A stretch of 64,000 bases of DNA from the sequence record DRR723986_15960; one strand, written 5' to 3'. The notes beneath the pieces were generated by a model. It was given only the letters and a program-made list of their open reading frames with translations. It ran no database searches and was not told where the DNA came from. The translations under genes were made by a program, and so were the position numbers. This document shows, piece after piece, positions 28,272 through 37,862 of the stretch; within the stretch, counting starts at the first letter, position 1; the number at the start of each line of letters is the position of its first letter.

Positions 28272-30062
28272 TTATTGACCTGTGGTTTTCTGTTTTTTAT
28301 TGACTTTAACAGAATCTGGTAATGGAATTATATTTCCTTTTTTGGGTAGATTTCGAGCTGCTTTATTTGTTTTGTTTGGAGTATCCTCACCAGCTTTTTC
28401 AATTTGTTCATTTACTGTATCGTCAATAAAATCTTCTGGAGGAACATAATCGTCTAAGCCTTTAATTTTTATTAATTCTAATGGTGGATCGTCTTTAAAT
28501 AGATCTTTTACAGACATTGGTCGTTCTTCTCCACGCCAATCGAAGCCTCTTAGTCGTTTTCCACTTTTAGGAAACATGGATTCAGGGTAAAGTTCTCCAT
28601 CTATTTGCTGTATTAAACGTATTTCTTCAATTGCTTGATTGTCTAACTTAATATTTATACTACCAGATTTAGATTTATTAATACCTACTAATTTGTTTTC
28701 TGCGTTTCTCGAATAATAGATGACTTCTGCATTTTTAATTATGTCTACATTGTAAAGCTCATTATCCCTAAACAAACCAATAAGGCGTTGACCCTTTATC
28801 TGGTTATAACCATCATCACTTAAAGAATCCTTACTTACTAAAAAGGCATTATTAAAAACTTTGAGAGAATCTAGTTTTTCGGTCTCAACATTTGAAATTA
28901 AATGAATAGTATCTCCCGTCATTTGGTTAGAAATATTCCAAAGAATAGGTTTTCTTTCTGTGGTAAATGCATCAGTTGAGCTGAATCTCTTTAAATTAAT
29001 CATTTGGGTTAATCCTGTTTTGTAATTAACATGAATGGAATCTGATTTGCCAGCTATATCCTTTTTGAATAATCTAACATTGTAATAGGCACGTGTAATT
29101 CTATTGTCTGCTTTACCTGTAACCATTAAGGTATCTGCATGGATGTAAACAGAATCTTGTTCTTGAACAGTTATAGCCAATGCGCGTTTAGTTATAAAAA
29201 CGGAATCTTTATTCCTGTAAACTTCGCCATAGTGACCCTTTACAATGCTTCGATTTATGGTGTCTGTAACGGTTATATTATTTGTTGCTGAGGCAAAACT
29301 TCTATTCCTATCAAAATATAAACTATCACCCTCAACCCTCCGGTTATCATAATCTATTTTCGCATTTCTCTGAAAGTATCCTGTGTCGTTATTTGTATTG
29401 TAAAAACCTCGCTCACAATATACTGTGCTTGTTTCTCCGACTATTGTAGACGGCCCAAAAAGATAAGCATGTCCATTTTCTGTAAAGAAATCTAATCGTT
29501 GTGTTTTTAAAGTATACTCAGGATTTACCAAGACAACACTATCCGTAAATTGATATTTCTTGGCGTTCATGTAATATCTGCCTATTTTACTAGTTATAGT
29601 GCCAGACGAATCTCTTACAACTTTTCCATTGTTATCATAATAGGCTTGTTGACTATTCCTGTTAAAATATAAAACCTGCGTTGTTAATGTTGACTGAGGT
29701 TCGGTTAATACAACATCTCCAGATGCAAAGGCTAGTTGGGTTTTGCCGCTGTATTCAACATATTTAGCAACCATATTAATGGAATCACCTTGTTGCATAC
29801 GTACATTACTAAAGGCTTCTATAAAATCTTGATCCGCATAATAGATTGCTTTATCGCACCACATATTTACACCTTCATGCACAAAATGAACTTGTTGTGA
29901 TTTATCTCTTAGAAATATCCTAGCACCTTCCTCAATTTCAGGGTCAGCGAATCCTGTACCAGCATATTCTATAGTAATCTTCTGTTTTTCCTGGGTAAAA
30001 CCAACTAAGGAAAGTGTAAAACAAAAAAGGAAAATGATATTCTTAATACTATTCAAAGCCAT
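28272..30062 (-). CDS. OstA-like (LptA/LptD beta-jellyroll) periplasmic protein
   Basis: Signal peptide, V.F.HEG..MWCDKA, repeated beta-strand motifs, L.GF.WR..ERP. Confidence 0.8.
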   Translation of the reverse strand: MALNSIKNIIFLFCFTLSLVGFTQEKQKITIEYAGTGFADPEIEEGARIFLRDKSQQVHFVHEGVNMWCDKAIYYADQDFIEAFSNVRMQQGDSINMVAKYVEYSGKTQLAFASGDVVLTEPQSTLTTQVLYFNRNSQQAYYDNNGKVVRDSSGTITSKIGRYYMNAKKYQFTDSVVLVNPEYTLKTQRLDFFTENGHAYLFGPSTIVGETSTVYCERGFYNTNNDTGYFQRNAKIDYDNRRVEGDSLYFDRNRSFASATNNITVTDTINRSIVKGHYGEVYRNKDSVFITKRALAITVQEQDSVYIHADTLMVTGKADNRITRAYYNVRLFKKDIAGKSDSIHVNYKTGLTQMINLKRFSSTDAFTTERKPILWNISNQMTGDTIHLISNVETEKLDSLKVFNNAFLVSKDSLSDDGYNQIKGQRLIGLFRDNELYNVDIIKNAEVIYYSRNAENKLVGINKSKSGSINIKLDNQAIEEIRLIQQIDGELYPESMFPKSGKRLRGFDWRGEERPMSVKDLFKDDPPLELIKIKGLDDYVPPEDFIDDTVNEQIEKAGEDTPNKTNKAARNLPKKGNIIPLPDSVKVNKKQKTTGQ

Positions 30063-30139
30063 ATATTTTTTACAAAATAACATTTATAGATTTGCTTTAG
30101 TATCAGTTAACAGTTTTTTTAACAGAATCTCACCAAAGA

Positions 30140-31420
30140 CTAAACCGTCTTTCTTATAATCGTTTGTTTACGATCTGGACCAACTGAAACTATGGTTATA
30201 GGAATGTTTAGTTCTTTTTCTAAAAACTCAACATAATCATTCAATTCTTTTGGTAATTGTGACGCTTCAGTCATTTTGGTTAAATCTTCAGACCAACCTT
30301 TTACTTCTGTATAAATAGGAGTTACATTTTCTTCTTCAATGTTATATGGTAAATGGGTAATCGTTTCACCCTTGTAATTATAAGCCGTACAAACCTTTAA
30401 TGTTTTAAAGCCAGAAAGGACATCTCCTTTCATCATAATTAATTGGGTAACTCCATTAACTTGGCAAGCATATCGCAGTGCAACCAAATCTAGCCAGCCA
30501 CAACGTCTTGGGCGACCTGTAGTAGCGCCAAATTCATGACCAACACGTGCCATTGTCTCACCATCTTTGTCAAACAATTCAGTTGGAAATGGTCCTGAAC
30601 CTACTCGTGTAGTGTAGGCTTTAAAAATACCGAAAACCTCACCTATTTGATTTGGTGCAACTCCCAAACCTGTGCAAGCACCAGCTGCAGTAGTATTAGA
30701 TGATGTAACAAAAGGATAGGTTCCGAAATCTATATCTAATAGGGAGCCTTGAGCACCTTCTGCAAGAATGGTTTTGCCTGAGGATTGTGATTGATGAATA
30801 AACTCTTCTGAATCAATAAATTTTAATGTTTTTAGAGTTTCAATAGCTGCGAAGAAGTCAGCTTCAAGTTCCTCTAAATCGTATTGTATATCTACGTTGT
30901 AGAAATCTATCATTGCCTCGTGCTTATCTGCCAAAGCTCTGTATTTAGTTTTCCAATCAGCTAGTTCTATATCACCAACTCTAATACCGTTTCTACCAGT
31001 TTTGTCCATATATGTAGGGCCAATTCCTTTCAAAGTAGAACCAATCTTAGCTTTGCCTTTTGAAGCTTCACTAGCAGCATCTAATAATCGATGCGTAGGT
31101 AATATGATATGTGCTTTGCGTGAAATGCAGAGTGATTTTCTATAATCAACATCTTGTTCGTCTAATTTATCTAATTCCTTCTTGAAAATGACGGGGTCTA
31201 TAACAACTCCATTACCTACTAAGTTTACAGTATTGTCATGAAAAATACCTGATGGAATTGTATGTAAAACGTGTTTTCGGCCATTAAATACTAAGGTATG
31301 TCCTGCATTTGGTCCACCTTGAAAGCGAGCAATAATGTCGTATTTAGAGGTAAATACATCGACAATTTTCCCTTTGCCTTCATCTCCCCATTGTAATCCA
31401 AGTAGTAAGTCTACTGCCAT
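30140..31420 (-). CDS. purA: Adenylosuccinate synthetase
   Basis: QWGDEGKGK, GGPNAGHT, EFGATTGRPRRCGW. Confidence 0.98.
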   Translation of the reverse strand: MAVDLLLGLQWGDEGKGKIVDVFTSKYDIIARFQGGPNAGHTLVFNGRKHVLHTIPSGIFHDNTVNLVGNGVVIDPVIFKKELDKLDEQDVDYRKSLCISRKAHIILPTHRLLDAASEASKGKAKIGSTLKGIGPTYMDKTGRNGIRVGDIELADWKTKYRALADKHEAMIDFYNVDIQYDLEELEADFFAAIETLKTLKFIDSEEFIHQSQSSGKTILAEGAQGSLLDIDFGTYPFVTSSNTTAAGACTGLGVAPNQIGEVFGIFKAYTTRVGSGPFPTELFDKDGETMARVGHEFGATTGRPRRCGWLDLVALRYACQVNGVTQLIMMKGDVLSGFKTLKVCTAYNYKGETITHLPYNIEEENVTPIYTEVKGWSEDLTKMTEASQLPKELNDYVEFLEKELNIPITIVSVGPDRKQTIIRKTV

Positions 31421-31432
31421 TTTTAAAATTAG

Positions 31433-31885
31433 TTAGTCGTCAGTTTTACGATTTCCGTAAAAATATAGTGAATGATTAGTTATCTCAATATCAAAAACCT
31501 CTTCAATGGTTTTTTTAATAGATTGAATGCGAGGATCACAGAATTCAATAACTTCACCTGTGTCCGTGAGTATAACATGATCGTGTTGTTTGTTAAAATA
31601 AGATTTTTCGTAATGTGCTTGGTTTTGGCCAAACTGATGTTTACGCACTAGATTACAATCTAAAAGTAATTCTATAGTATTGTATAGGGTTGCTCTACTC
31701 ACTCGATAGTTTTTGTTTTTCATTTTTATATAGAGTGATTCTATATCAAAATGTTCTTCACTATCGTAAATTTCTTGAAGTATAGCGTAACGCTCAGGTG
31801 TTTTTCTGTGACCTTTTACTTCTAGAAATTGTGTAAAAACACGCTTTACAATTTCCTGGTTACTTTCTTCTGTAGTTGCATTCAT
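31433..31885 (-). CDS. fur: Fur-family transcriptional regulator
   Basis: [22 protein letters not shown]. Confidence 0.88.
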   Translation of the reverse strand: MNATTEESNQEIVKRVFTQFLEVKGHRKTPERYAILQEIYDSEEHFDIESLYIKMKNKNYRVSRATLYNTIELLLDCNLVRKHQFGQNQAHYEKSYFNKQHDHVILTDTGEVIEFCDPRIQSIKKTIEEVFDIEITNHSLYFYGNRKTDD

Positions 31886-31895
31886 AATTAAGATG

Positions 31896-31903
31896 CAAAT
31901 TTA
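31896..31903 (-). promoter_or_regulatory. -7 element of fur-purA
   Basis: TAAATTTG on the minus strand. Confidence 0.55.
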
Positions 31904-31909
31904 CGCATT

Positions 31910-34117
31910 TTAAACTCTGGTTACCTTATCAATACCATTAATTTTTTTCAACTTTTCTATAAGTTTTTTCAACATAGTTTGGTTTTTAACTTCTACTGTT
32001 ATATTACCACTAAAAATTCCATCATCACTAGAAAAGCTTATACTTTTCATATTTACATGCATGTTTTCGGAAATTAGTTTAGTTATATCATTAACCAATC
32101 CTAAGTTATCAATACCAGAGAGTTTTATCTGAGATGTATAAGTTCGTTGTGAAGAATCTATCCATTTAGCTTGCATAATTCGGTATGCATAATTAGACTG
32201 CAGACTTACAGCATTAGGACAATTCTTTTTATGGACTTTTATTCCGTCGTTTATTGTAACAAAACCAAATACTTTATCACCAGGAATAGGGTTGCAGCAA
32301 TTGGCCAAGGTATAATTGAGTTTTTCTTCTTCCTTGCCAAACACTAACATATCGTGCTTAGATGTAATTTCATCCTTGTCAATATCTTTTGGTGTATCTG
32401 GTTTTCTGATTCTATTTTTAATATAACTTACAAATGCATTACTTCTTGATGCTGCAAATGCTTTTAATTTAGTGTTGTCTATGGTGCCAATTCCAACTCT
32501 GTAGAACAAATCTAGTGATGTACTCAATTTAAAATAACTCACCATTTCATTCACCGACTTTTCATTCAGCGTAATTTTTAATTGCTTAAGTTTTCTTCTG
32601 AGTATTTCTTTACCTTCTTCTGCAATTTCTTTAGTATGAGCATTTAATGCCGATTTAATTTTACTACGTGCTCTTGCTGTAGTAGCATAATCTAGCCAGT
32701 TTGCATTTGGTTTAGAGTTTTCTGAAGTCAAAATTTCTACTCGGTCACCACTTTGTAACTCATGACTTAATGGTACTAATTTACCATTAACTTTAGCTCC
32801 GCGTGTTTTCATGCCAACTTCAGTATGTATACTAAATGCAAAATCTAATGGAGTAGCTCCTTTGGGCAAGGATTTTAAATCACCTTTGGGTGAGAATACA
32901 AATATTTCTTTAGAGTAAAGATTTAGCTTAAATTGTTCTACAAAGTCAACGGCATCTGCTTCGTTGTTTTCTAAAGCTTCTTGCAATCTATTAATCCATA
33001 AATCTAAGCTGTCTTCTTTTTCATTTTCATTTTTGTATTTGTAGTGTGCTGCATATCCTTTTTCTGCGATCTCATTCATTCGTTCACTTCTAATTTGAAC
33101 TTCAACAAATCGACTTTTAGGACCTACAACGGTTATATGGAGAGCTTCGTAGCTGGTTGATTTTGGGGATGAAATCCAATCTCTAAGTCTTGTTGGGTTA
33201 GGAGTAAAGTGGTCAGTAACGATAGAGTATATTTTCCAAGCCAGAAATTTTTCATTCTCAAAATCTGATTTATAAATAATTCTAACCGCAAATTTGTCAT
33301 AGACTTCTTCAAAAGTAACTCCTTGTTTTACCATTTTTCTTCTAATACTAAAAATGGATTTAGGACGGCCTTTTATTTCATAATTTAACCCCTCTTTATT
33401 AAGTGAGTCTTCAATGACTTTGGAAAAGGCTTTTATGTAGGCATCTTGCTCTTCTTTACTCTCCTTCATCTTTTCTAAGATGTCGTTATAGACCTCTGGT
33501 TCTGTATATTTAAGCCCAAGGTCTTCGAGTTCGGTTTTAATATTATAGAGTCCTATTCTATGAGCTAAAGGTGCGTATATGTAAAGCGTTTCGGAAGCGA
33601 TTTTAACTTGCTTGTCTGCTCTCATGGAATCCATGGTCTGCATATTATGCAAGCGATCCGCGATTTTAATAATAATTACTCGTACATCTTCATTTAATGT
33701 CAATAGCATTTTACGGAAGTTCTCTGCCTGCAGAGATACGTCCATATCCTTTTTTAAAGATGAAATTTTTGTAAGTCCATCTACAATACGAGCTACAGTT
33801 TCTCCAAATAATCGTTCTATATCTGCAATGGTGTAATCTGGATTGTCTTCAACAACATCATGAAGTAGTGCAGCGGCAATGGATGTGGCATCTAAACCAA
33901 TTTCTTGAGCTACAATTTTAGCCACAGCAATCGGGTGAAAAATATAAGCCTCGCCAGACTTGCGTCGTTGGTCTTTGTGCGCATCAACAGCAACCTCAAA
34001 AGCATGACGAATTAATTTTTTATCGTCAGCCGTCAAAGTCTGATAACTTACTTTAAGTAACTCTTTGTAAGCTTTAGCAATGGCTTTATTCTCTAACTGT
34101 ATGGCTTCTTCAGTCAT
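31910..34117 (-). CDS. relA: Long RelA/SpoT (p)ppGpp synthetase/hydrolase
   Basis: HD (LLHDVVED), ADRLHNM, EVQIRS, TGS and ACT domains. Confidence 0.95.
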   Translation of the reverse strand: MTEEAIQLENKAIAKAYKELLKVSYQTLTADDKKLIRHAFEVAVDAHKDQRRKSGEAYIFHPIAVAKIVAQEIGLDATSIAAALLHDVVEDNPDYTIADIERLFGETVARIVDGLTKISSLKKDMDVSLQAENFRKMLLTLNEDVRVIIIKIADRLHNMQTMDSMRADKQVKIASETLYIYAPLAHRIGLYNIKTELEDLGLKYTEPEVYNDILEKMKESKEEQDAYIKAFSKVIEDSLNKEGLNYEIKGRPKSIFSIRRKMVKQGVTFEEVYDKFAVRIIYKSDFENEKFLAWKIYSIVTDHFTPNPTRLRDWISSPKSTSYEALHITVVGPKSRFVEVQIRSERMNEIAEKGYAAHYKYKNENEKEDSLDLWINRLQEALENNEADAVDFVEQFKLNLYSKEIFVFSPKGDLKSLPKGATPLDFAFSIHTEVGMKTRGAKVNGKLVPLSHELQSGDRVEILTSENSKPNANWLDYATTARARSKIKSALNAHTKEIAEEGKEILRRKLKQLKITLNEKSVNEMVSYFKLSTSLDLFYRVGIGTIDNTKLKAFAASRSNAFVSYIKNRIRKPDTPKDIDKDEITSKHDMLVFGKEEEKLNYTLANCCNPIPGDKVFGFVTINDGIKVHKKNCPNAVSLQSNYAYRIMQAKWIDSSQRTYTSQIKLSGIDNLGLVNDITKLISENMHVNMKSISFSSDDGIFSGNITVEVKNQTMLKKLIEKLKKINGIDKVTRV

Positions 34118-34156
34118 AGAACTAAAGTAGTAAAAGCTTTGTTAATAGGCAATGCT

Positions 34157-34315
34157 TTATTTCTTATTCTTTAATGGTAGCCATTTTAATATGAAACCTA
34201 AGCCAATGGCACAAAAAATGCCTGATAACATTTGTATTAAACTATATGCAGTAAATATATATAACGCAATTCCGATAAGTATAAAAACAATTCCAACAAG
34301 TTGACTTCTATTCAT
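34157..34315 (-). CDS. Small two-TM membrane protein (52 aa)
   Basis: MNRSQLVGIVFILIG...KWLPLKNKK; fills the gap in a co-oriented gene run. Confidence 0.6.
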   Translation of the reverse strand: MNRSQLVGIVFILIGIALYIFTAYSLIQMLSGIFCAIGLGFILKWLPLKNKK

Positions 34316-34328
34316 ATTATAACTATAT

Positions 34329-34811
34329 TTAATTTTCGTCTTTTTGAGTAGAGGTGACACAGTCTATCTTCCATTGACCATTATATTTCTTGTATATAGT
34401 GGTCCATGCAAAATTTGTTGAACTGTTCATTTTGTTACCGTTCTCTTCGTTATATGATACCTCAATAATTTTATCTACAATAGTGTAGGCAATGGATCCA
34501 TCGTCAGAAAATCGAATAATTGGCTCTGACACATCATCCCATTTGACAAATTCAACAGACGAAAAATAACTATTATAGCGTGTAATATTTTCTTTTTTGG
34601 TCGATGTTGTAATTTTACCTCTGTTTACAGATATAAAGTTATTGGATAACTGATTTGCAAAAGCGATGGAATCTTTTTTAAAATGTATTTCTCGTTGCTC
34701 GTTATGTATTTTTAAAATGGCTTGCTTTTCTTTAGTTATATCGAATTGAGTCTCATTATTACAAGATGAAATCAGTATAGCAAGAAATAGCAGAGATATA
34801 TGAGTCTTCAT
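34329..34811 (-). CDS. NTF2/SnoaL-like lipoprotein
   Basis: Lipobox ISSC; FSDDGSIAY, WTTIYKK.NGQWKI. Confidence 0.72.
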   Translation of the reverse strand: MKTHISLLFLAILISSCNNETQFDITKEKQAILKIHNEQREIHFKKDSIAFANQLSNNFISVNRGKITTSTKKENITRYNSYFSSVEFVKWDDVSEPIIRFSDDGSIAYTIVDKIIEVSYNEENGNKMNSSTNFAWTTIYKKYNGQWKIDCVTSTQKDEN

Positions 34812-34909
34812 GTTAAGAGATATTTTGGATGTCTTAAAATGCAGTAACCGCAGTTTAATTTAAAATTACAAAATTATTGAACCGATTTTGGCCTATTAAT
34901 TTTAAAAAA

Positions 34910-36145
34910 CTACTTATTCTTTAAATTTTTCACTCGATCTAATAGTGTAGGGTGAGAATAATGCATAAATACATATGCTTTATGTGGTGTGAGATTACTT
35001 AAACTATTTTTAGATAGTTTTTTTAATGATGTGATTAAAGGCTCTGCTTTATACGTGTTTTTTGCATAATCATCTGCTTGATATTCGAATACTCTGGAAA
35101 CATAATTCATAATTAAACCTGTTATTTCTGAAATAGGTGAGTAGAGCAGTCCAAATGCAATTAATCCTACATGAAAACTTGGTTTTGAAACTCCTATTGC
35201 GTTAGACAACATGGGATTTGAAATAAAAATTGATAAGATATATAGAGTTAATCCGGTAATGAGGATTGAAGTAACTAAATTAAAAATAATATGCTTACGC
35301 TTATAGTGACCTACTTCATGCGCTAAAATAGCAACAATTTCCTCATCTTCTAAATCGTTAACAAGCGTGTCATAAAGGGTTACACGTTTTTCACTGCCGA
35401 AACCAGAGAAATACGCATTGGCTTTAGTACTTCGTTTTGAACCATCAATAATGAATATTTTATTCAAATTAAATCCAACAGACTTTGCATAGTCTGATAT
35501 TTTTTGCCTTAAATCACCTTCTTCTAACGGAGTTTGTTTATTAAACATGGGTACGATAAGGCGTGAATAAAACATGTTCATGAAAACTGTGAAAACAGTT
35601 ACAATTGCCCAAGAATATAACCAGAAATCATTACCTGTTAATTGATAAAACCAAACGATAAGGGCTATAATACCACCACCAATAACTACCATCATAACAA
35701 GTCCTTTTATTTTATCCATTATAAAAGTTGTTTTGGTAGTTTTATTAAACCCAAATTTCTCTTCAATTACAAAAGTTTTATAATAGGCAAATGGAGTTGT
35801 TAAAATATCACTTGCTATCATTATAATTCCGAAAAATAGTAATGCAATAACTACTGGATTAGCAGAATAACTTCTGGCAATATTATCTACATATTTAAAG
35901 CCGTCTAATAACAAAAAACCTAATGTAAGCGCCAATGAAAATACCGAAGACCAAATTCCAAATTTATAATTTGTTGCTTTATAAGCTTGAGACTTTACAT
36001 ATTCTTCTTGTTCATATACATCATTTAATTCTTCCGGAATAGGGTCATTATAATGCTTGGCATTTATAGCATTTAATACCTTGTCTTTTATAAAATTAAT
36101 TAGAATAATGGCTATTATAATGTAGAATAGGGATTGTGTTGTCAT
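34910..36145 (-). CDS. M48 (Ste24-like) membrane zinc metallopeptidase
   Basis: IEEKFGFN, NAYFSG, AHEVGH, EYQAD, YSHP; start MTTQS at 36145. Confidence 0.95.
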   Translation of the reverse strand: MTTQSLFYIIIAIILINFIKDKVLNAINAKHYNDPIPEELNDVYEQEEYVKSQAYKATNYKFGIWSSVFSLALTLGFLLLDGFKYVDNIARSYSANPVVIALLFFGIIMIASDILTTPFAYYKTFVIEEKFGFNKTTKTTFIMDKIKGLVMMVVIGGGIIALIVWFYQLTGNDFWLYSWAIVTVFTVFMNMFYSRLIVPMFNKQTPLEEGDLRQKISDYAKSVGFNLNKIFIIDGSKRSTKANAYFSGFGSEKRVTLYDTLVNDLEDEEIVAILAHEVGHYKRKHIIFNLVTSILITGLTLYILSIFISNPMLSNAIGVSKPSFHVGLIAFGLLYSPISEITGLIMNYVSRVFEYQADDYAKNTYKAEPLITSLKKLSKNSLSNLTPHKAYVFMHYSHPTLLDRVKNLKNK

Positions 36146-36146
36146 G

Positions 36147-36944
36147 CTACTTAAAATCGCGTTGTCGTTTAGCTTCAAAAATAAGAATTCCTGCTGCAAC
36201 AGATACATTCATAGAATCAATAATTCCTTGCATAGGTATGCTAATGTTTTGTGTGGCAGCGTCTCGCCATTCTTGATTTAGTCCTGTAGATTCGGTGCCT
36301 ACCACAATTGCAGTGGGTAAAGTAAAATCTTGTTTGTAATATGGTTGTGATTCTTGCAAAATCGCTGAGAAAATATTGAAGTTATATCGTTTTAAAAACG
36401 CTATAGCCTCCTCAGAACTTGCCATTGCAATTTCTGTAGTAAATACACAACCAACACTAGATCTAATAATATTAGGATTATATATATCTGACTTCGGATT
36501 AGCAATTATAACTGCATCTACTTTTGCAGCATCAGCAGTGCGTAATAATGCGCCAATGTTTCCGGGTTTCTCTGGTGCTTCTGCAACAAGAATTAATGGA
36601 TTTTTAGAACTGAAATTTAAACTATCGAGCTCGTGTTTTTTACTGTTAACAACTGCAATAACACCTTCAGTAGTATCTCTGTGAGCTAATTTTTGAAATA
36701 CCTCTTTAGAAATCTCTATAATCTCAATGCCATAAACACTCATAGCTTTGGCTTCTGCTTCCGAAAACAAATTTGGAAAAAAAAGTAATGAATTTATTTT
36801 GTAACCACCTTTTATGGCTAGTGAAAGTTCTCGCTTACCTTCAATTAAAAATGTGTTGGTCTTTTTACGCTCTCTAGATTTGTCTTTGAGTTGTACCAGC
36901 TGTTTTATAAATGGATTTTGTGGACTTGTAATTGACTTATTCAT
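36147..36944 (-). CDS. TrmH/SpoU RNA 2'-O-methyltransferase
   Basis: EKPGNIGA..R, GTESTGL, IPMQG..DSMNVSVA. Confidence 0.94.
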   Translation of the reverse strand: MNKSITSPQNPFIKQLVQLKDKSRERKKTNTFLIEGKRELSLAIKGGYKINSLLFFPNLFSEAEAKAMSVYGIEIIEISKEVFQKLAHRDTTEGVIAVVNSKKHELDSLNFSSKNPLILVAEAPEKPGNIGALLRTADAAKVDAVIIANPKSDIYNPNIIRSSVGCVFTTEIAMASSEEAIAFLKRYNFNIFSAILQESQPYYKQDFTLPTAIVVGTESTGLNQEWRDAATQNISIPMQGIIDSMNVSVAAGILIFEAKRQRDFK

Positions 36945-36952
36945 AGTTAAAA

Positions 36953-36960
36953 CAAAAGTA
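36953..36960 (-). promoter_or_regulatory. -7 element of the trmH-M48 operon
   Basis: TACTTTTG on the minus strand. Confidence 0.6.
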
Positions 36961-36961
36961 A

Positions 36962-36988
36962 TGTAATTTTATAGTAATTATAGCGTCC
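36962..36988 (+). promoter_or_regulatory. ECF-type promoter of the DUF6503-like lipoprotein gene
   Basis: TGTAAT-N16-CGTCC. Confidence 0.55.
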
Positions 36989-37012
36989 AATGCTTTAACT
37001 AAAAATCAAATT

Positions 37013-37813
37013 ACGAAAAATATTACCGTGGTATCATTGCTACTTTTATTAGTTTTTTCCTGTAAAAATAATTCTAAAGAAAAAACAACTGTAATTGAAA
37101 CCTTGTCAAAAGAAGATATTACAACGAGTCTTTATCCAGAATCAATTACTAAAGTTTTTAATGCGCATGGAGGCATAGATAAATGGAATAAAATGCAAAC
37201 ACTTTCTTTTACTATGGAAAAGCCCAACGGTAAGGAAATAACTACCACAGATTTAAAATCGAGAGCAGAACTGATTAATTTTCCTACGCATTTTCAGGGT
37301 TATGATGTTGAATCTATTTGGATAAAGGAGAAAGAAGGATATGAAAATGATGGCAGTAGGGCTGAATTTTATCGAGGATTAATGATGTATTTCTATGCCA
37401 TGCCTTTTATAGTTGGTGATAATGGAATTATCTATGAAGATATAGAGCCATTATTATTTGAAGGAAATTCCTATCCTGGAGTTATGATTTCGTATGAAGC
37501 TGGAGCTGGATCCTCACCAGATGATCAGTATAGTATATATTATAATTCAGAGACAGGTCAAATGGAATGGCTAAGTTATACCGTTACGTTTGGTAAGGAT
37601 GAAAAGAGTTCAGACTTTAGATATATACGTTATAATGACTGGCAAACTATTAATGGATTGGTTGTGCCTAAAAGTTTAAGTTGGTATAATTATGAAGATA
37701 ATACTCCTACACAATTAAGTAGAACAATAGAATTTACGTATGTTGTATTGTCGGAAAAGGCACCAGATTATTCAATGTTTAAAATGCCTGATGGTGGAAA
37801 AGTAATCGAATAA
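37013..37813 (+). CDS. DUF6503-like lipoprotein; apparent start codon ACG (GTG at 37028 is the alternative)
   Basis: (ACG)KNITVVSLLLLLVFSC lipobox; AHGG..W, YFYAMPF, G.SP.D.Y, WL.YTVT. Confidence 0.7.
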   Translation, partial: TKNITVVSLLLLLVFSCKNNSKEKTTVIETLSKEDITTSLYPESITKVFNAHGGIDKWNKMQTLSFTMEKPNGKEITTTDLKSRAELINFPTHFQGYDVESIWIKEKEGYENDGSRAEFYRGLMMYFYAMPFIVGDNGIIYEDIEPLLFEGNSYPGVMISYEAGAGSSPDDQYSIYYNSETGQMEWLSYTVTFGKDEKSSDFRYIRYNDWQTINGLVVPKSLSWYNYEDNTPTQLSRTIEFTYVVLSEKAPDYSMFKMPDGGKVIE

Positions 37814-37827
37814 GAATTAATCACATA

Positions 37828-37858
37828 AAAAAAGCGAGCCTATTTGGCTCGCTTTTTT
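37828..37858. terminator. Bidirectional terminator
   Basis: AAAAAAGCGAGCC/GGCTCGCTTTTTT between convergent genes. Confidence 0.88.
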
Positions 37859-37862
37859 ATTT

